This document shows positions 61,653 to 64,000 of a DNA stretch of 64,000 nucleotides, in pieces. The translations under genes and the position numbers were made by a program. The stretch comes from an uncultured delta proteobacterium (GTDB lineage Bacteria > Desulfobacterota > Desulfobacteria > Desulfobacterales > JAHEIW01), in contig CAVPNL010000004.1 in NCBI GenBank assembly GCA_963706575.1, positions 160,001 to 224,000 on the forward strand, read 5' to 3'. Below the pieces are notes generated by a model, which was not told where the DNA came from, made no database searches, and saw nothing but the letters and a program-made list of their open reading frames with translations. Positions within the stretch are counted from its first letter, which is position 1. Each line of letters opens with the position of its first letter.

Positions 61653-61760
61653 CCGCGCCTGATCCTCGCCGTTTAAGGCACCTCCAACTTAGCAAAGGTT
61701 TTGAGGAAACATAAAAATATTGTGATACCAAAAGTGAGGCTTGATATGTAAAAAATTAGG

Positions 61761-62606
61761 TCATACAAAAAAACGAATATATATCCCCACTGCAACCGCC
61801 CACCCCAGGATGAGGATTGTTATGATTGCACAGCCGCCGGCCAGCAGTTTGTGGACAACGTTCTCTTTTTTGCGCTCTTGATACCCAAGTAGAAACCCCA
61901 GACCGATTCCCGCAGCGATGCCCCCGCCGTGCCCCCAGTTGTTAATCACCGGAACCATTATGCCAAAAAAGAAAATAATAATCACCCAGATGCCGATTTG
62001 TTTGTAAAGCGCTCGCCCGTAAACGCCGCCCCGGCTTTTGCCGTAATACAGCAGGGCGCCTGCCAGGCTGCAAACCGACGCGGAGGCGCCGATGGTCCAG
62101 GGAACCGCAGCCAGATAGGAAATAAAAAAACCGATGACCCCGCCCAGGGTGTAGATGATGAACATCCGATACACACCGTATTCCCGGGACACCAGCAAGC
62201 CCAGCTGGCGGAAAGCCGCCATATTAAAAAAGATATGCAGGAGGCCGCCGTGCAGATAACTGGCGGAAACCAGGGTCCAGTATCGCTGAGAGGCGTCGAT
62301 GGGAACTTTTCCGGTGGCGCCCAGCAACTCAAGGATCTGCCCGGAAGGTGATAGAAAGGTCAGCGGATTCAACGCCAATCCGAAACCTCTTGGATTTAAC
62401 AACAGGGAAATCACGTAGACAGCCACATTGATGCCGATGATCGATTTCACCAGCAGATAGGGATTATTGAATCCGCGGGTCAAGATATTATTTTTATACC
62501 AGGCGGCAGGGTTCCCCGTCCCGCAATACGGGCAATTCTTCTCTGATGTACTGATCAGCTTTTTACAGTTTGGACAAAGCAGAGATTGTCTTTTATGAGT
62601 TTGCAT
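61761..62606 (-). CDS. Rhomboid family intramembrane serine protease with an N-terminal zinc ribbon
   Basis: CPNC...CPYC; YLHGGLLHIFFNM, GAS catalytic motif, NWGHGGG; start placed at MQTHKRQ. Confidence 0.9.
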   Translation of the reverse strand: MQTHKRQSLLCPNCKKLISTSEKNCPYCGTGNPAAWYKNNILTRGFNNPYLLVKSIIGINVAVYVISLLLNPRGFGLALNPLTFLSPSGQILELLGATGKVPIDASQRYWTLVSASYLHGGLLHIFFNMAAFRQLGLLVSREYGVYRMFIIYTLGGVIGFFISYLAAVPWTIGASASVCSLAGALLYYGKSRGGVYGRALYKQIGIWVIIIFFFGIMVPVINNWGHGGGIAAGIGLGFLLGYQERKKENVVHKLLAGGCAIITILILGWAVAVGIYIRFFV

Positions 62607-62971
62607 AGGTTGATCGATTATAACAAACGACAAAGTATTACAAGACGATTAACTCTATCAGAAAGATAGGGTTCATTTCTAATTTACAATAAGACTCCAA
62701 CCTATTCGGTCAAGTTCAGGGAATATAAACAACATGCTCCTTTCTAAACTATGAAACGCTCAAATTAGGATGGCACAATGTGATACAGCTTTCCAATTGA
62801 CACATGGGCGGGTTTTTCCTATGATAAACTCCGATTCGAAAGATCGCCCGGGTAATTCCTTCCAAATTTCTGCAGCTATCATTTGGAACCGGAAAATGTT
62901 TCAGTCATCGATTATTTCTTTTTCGCCTCAGCGAATTCAGGGTTAAAACGGTGCGATGAGCAGAGGATTGC

Positions 62972-63988
62972 GTGAATCAAAAAATTAAAGCGAAACCAGC
63001 TCAAAAACAGAGCCTTCTGAGCCTGATGATACTGGGAATCCTTGTGGTTATCGCCGGCGGTGTTTATCTTGCTCAGTTTAACTTTAATCCCGCCGTTCAG
63101 CAAATGGCCCCCGCTTTAACAGCCGACAAAAAAAACCAGATCGCCCCACCGGCATCAGCCGAAAAATCATTGATATTAACACCACCCGGCCAGGCGCCTT
63201 TAAGCCCTCCGGAAACCTTTGACGCCGCCACCCTTTCAGATAAAATCAACGGCAAGGCGGAATTGTACCTGTCGGCCGGCTTTGTCCGGCTCCACAGCCA
63301 GCGTTTTAAAGACGAAACCGCCGGGGAGGTCTGGATGGAGGTTTTCGTTTACGACATGCAGACGCCGCAAAATGCCTTTTCCGTTTTCAGTGCCCAGCGC
63401 AGAGATGATGCCCAAACGCTGGAGGTCGCACAATATGCCTATCAAACCCCAAACGCCCTATTCTTCGTCCACGGCCCCTTTTATGTTGAGGTTGTTGCAT
63501 CCGATATCTCAGAGACTATCATTCAACCGATGATCGCGTTTGCCGAAGCCTTCATCGCCAATCATCCCATCAAGGCCCAGACCATCGGTGAAAAGGAACT
63601 GTTTCCCGAGGAAGGTCTGGTTCAAACCAGCATTTCACTGGTGTCCGCAGATGCGTTCGGCTATGAGCGGTTTGATCAGATATTTACGGCCACCTATAAG
63701 CTGCAGGACAGCGAATTTATGGCCTATTATTCCCGCCGAAAGACCCCCGGGGAAGCGGAAGATCTGGCAGCGAGTTACCGGGATTTTTTAATCGCATTCG
63801 GCGGCAAAACGGTCGAATCCGACCTGGGAATTAAAACAGCGAAAATGATTGATATTTTGGACACCTACGAGATTGTATTTTCCCACGGCCCCTATCTGGC
63901 CGGCGTGCGCGAAGCCGCAGATCAACAGCCGGCACAGGAATTGGCAATGCAATTGTTTAATAGAATCAAAGCGGTCTCCGCTGAATAG
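62972..63988 (+). CDS. Membrane-anchored uncharacterised protein (DUF6599-like)
   Basis: N-terminal TM segment; LSDKINGKAELYLSAGF, VFVYDM..PQNAFSVFS. Confidence 0.7.
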   Translation: MNQKIKAKPAQKQSLLSLMILGILVVIAGGVYLAQFNFNPAVQQMAPALTADKKNQIAPPASAEKSLILTPPGQAPLSPPETFDAATLSDKINGKAELYLSAGFVRLHSQRFKDETAGEVWMEVFVYDMQTPQNAFSVFSAQRRDDAQTLEVAQYAYQTPNALFFVHGPFYVEVVASDISETIIQPMIAFAEAFIANHPIKAQTIGEKELFPEEGLVQTSISLVSADAFGYERFDQIFTATYKLQDSEFMAYYSRRKTPGEAEDLAASYRDFLIAFGGKTVESDLGIKTAKMIDILDTYEIVFSHGPYLAGVREAADQQPAQELAMQLFNRIKAVSAE

Positions 63989-64000
63989 CGGCATTGAACT

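Overview
Bacterial chromosomal window, most likely from a sulfate-reducing Desulfobacterales-like deltaproteobacterium (inferred from gene content and protein style). Most of it is housekeeping: ftsK, rnj, plsC, ferredoxin, tmk, surE, lptD, a NusG paralog, IHF/HU, holB, ricT, metG, pyrG, eno, and a TPP riboswitch with thiM-thiE-thiL-thiD. Signalling genes are mixed in (HD-GYP, a sigma54 activator, PilZ proteins, PP2C, dCache-HAMP). Main points of interest: (1) a pyrrolysine-free MtmB-family methyltransferase and corrinoid protein, transcribed divergently from a GntR regulator fused to a catalytically dead tyrosine-recombinase domain; (2) a cysteine synthase fused to a CysRS-like domain whose HIGH, KMSKS and zinc-ligand motifs are degenerate; (3) a DsbA-like UxxC selenoprotein that the ORF track splits at an in-frame UGA followed by a SECIS-like hairpin; (4) a giant GlmS-like protein with an internal Ntn cysteine; (5) intergenic spaces filled with nested REP/MITE-like elements built from 7-9 bp repeats; (6) an accessory region after thiD containing a 108-bp MITE with a target-site duplication, paired direct repeats, a possible attC remnant, and an adenylate cyclase-AAA-TPR gene broken by nine +1 frameshifts. 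I found no CRISPR array, tRNA or rRNA. All calls come from reading motifs by eye; no searches were run.
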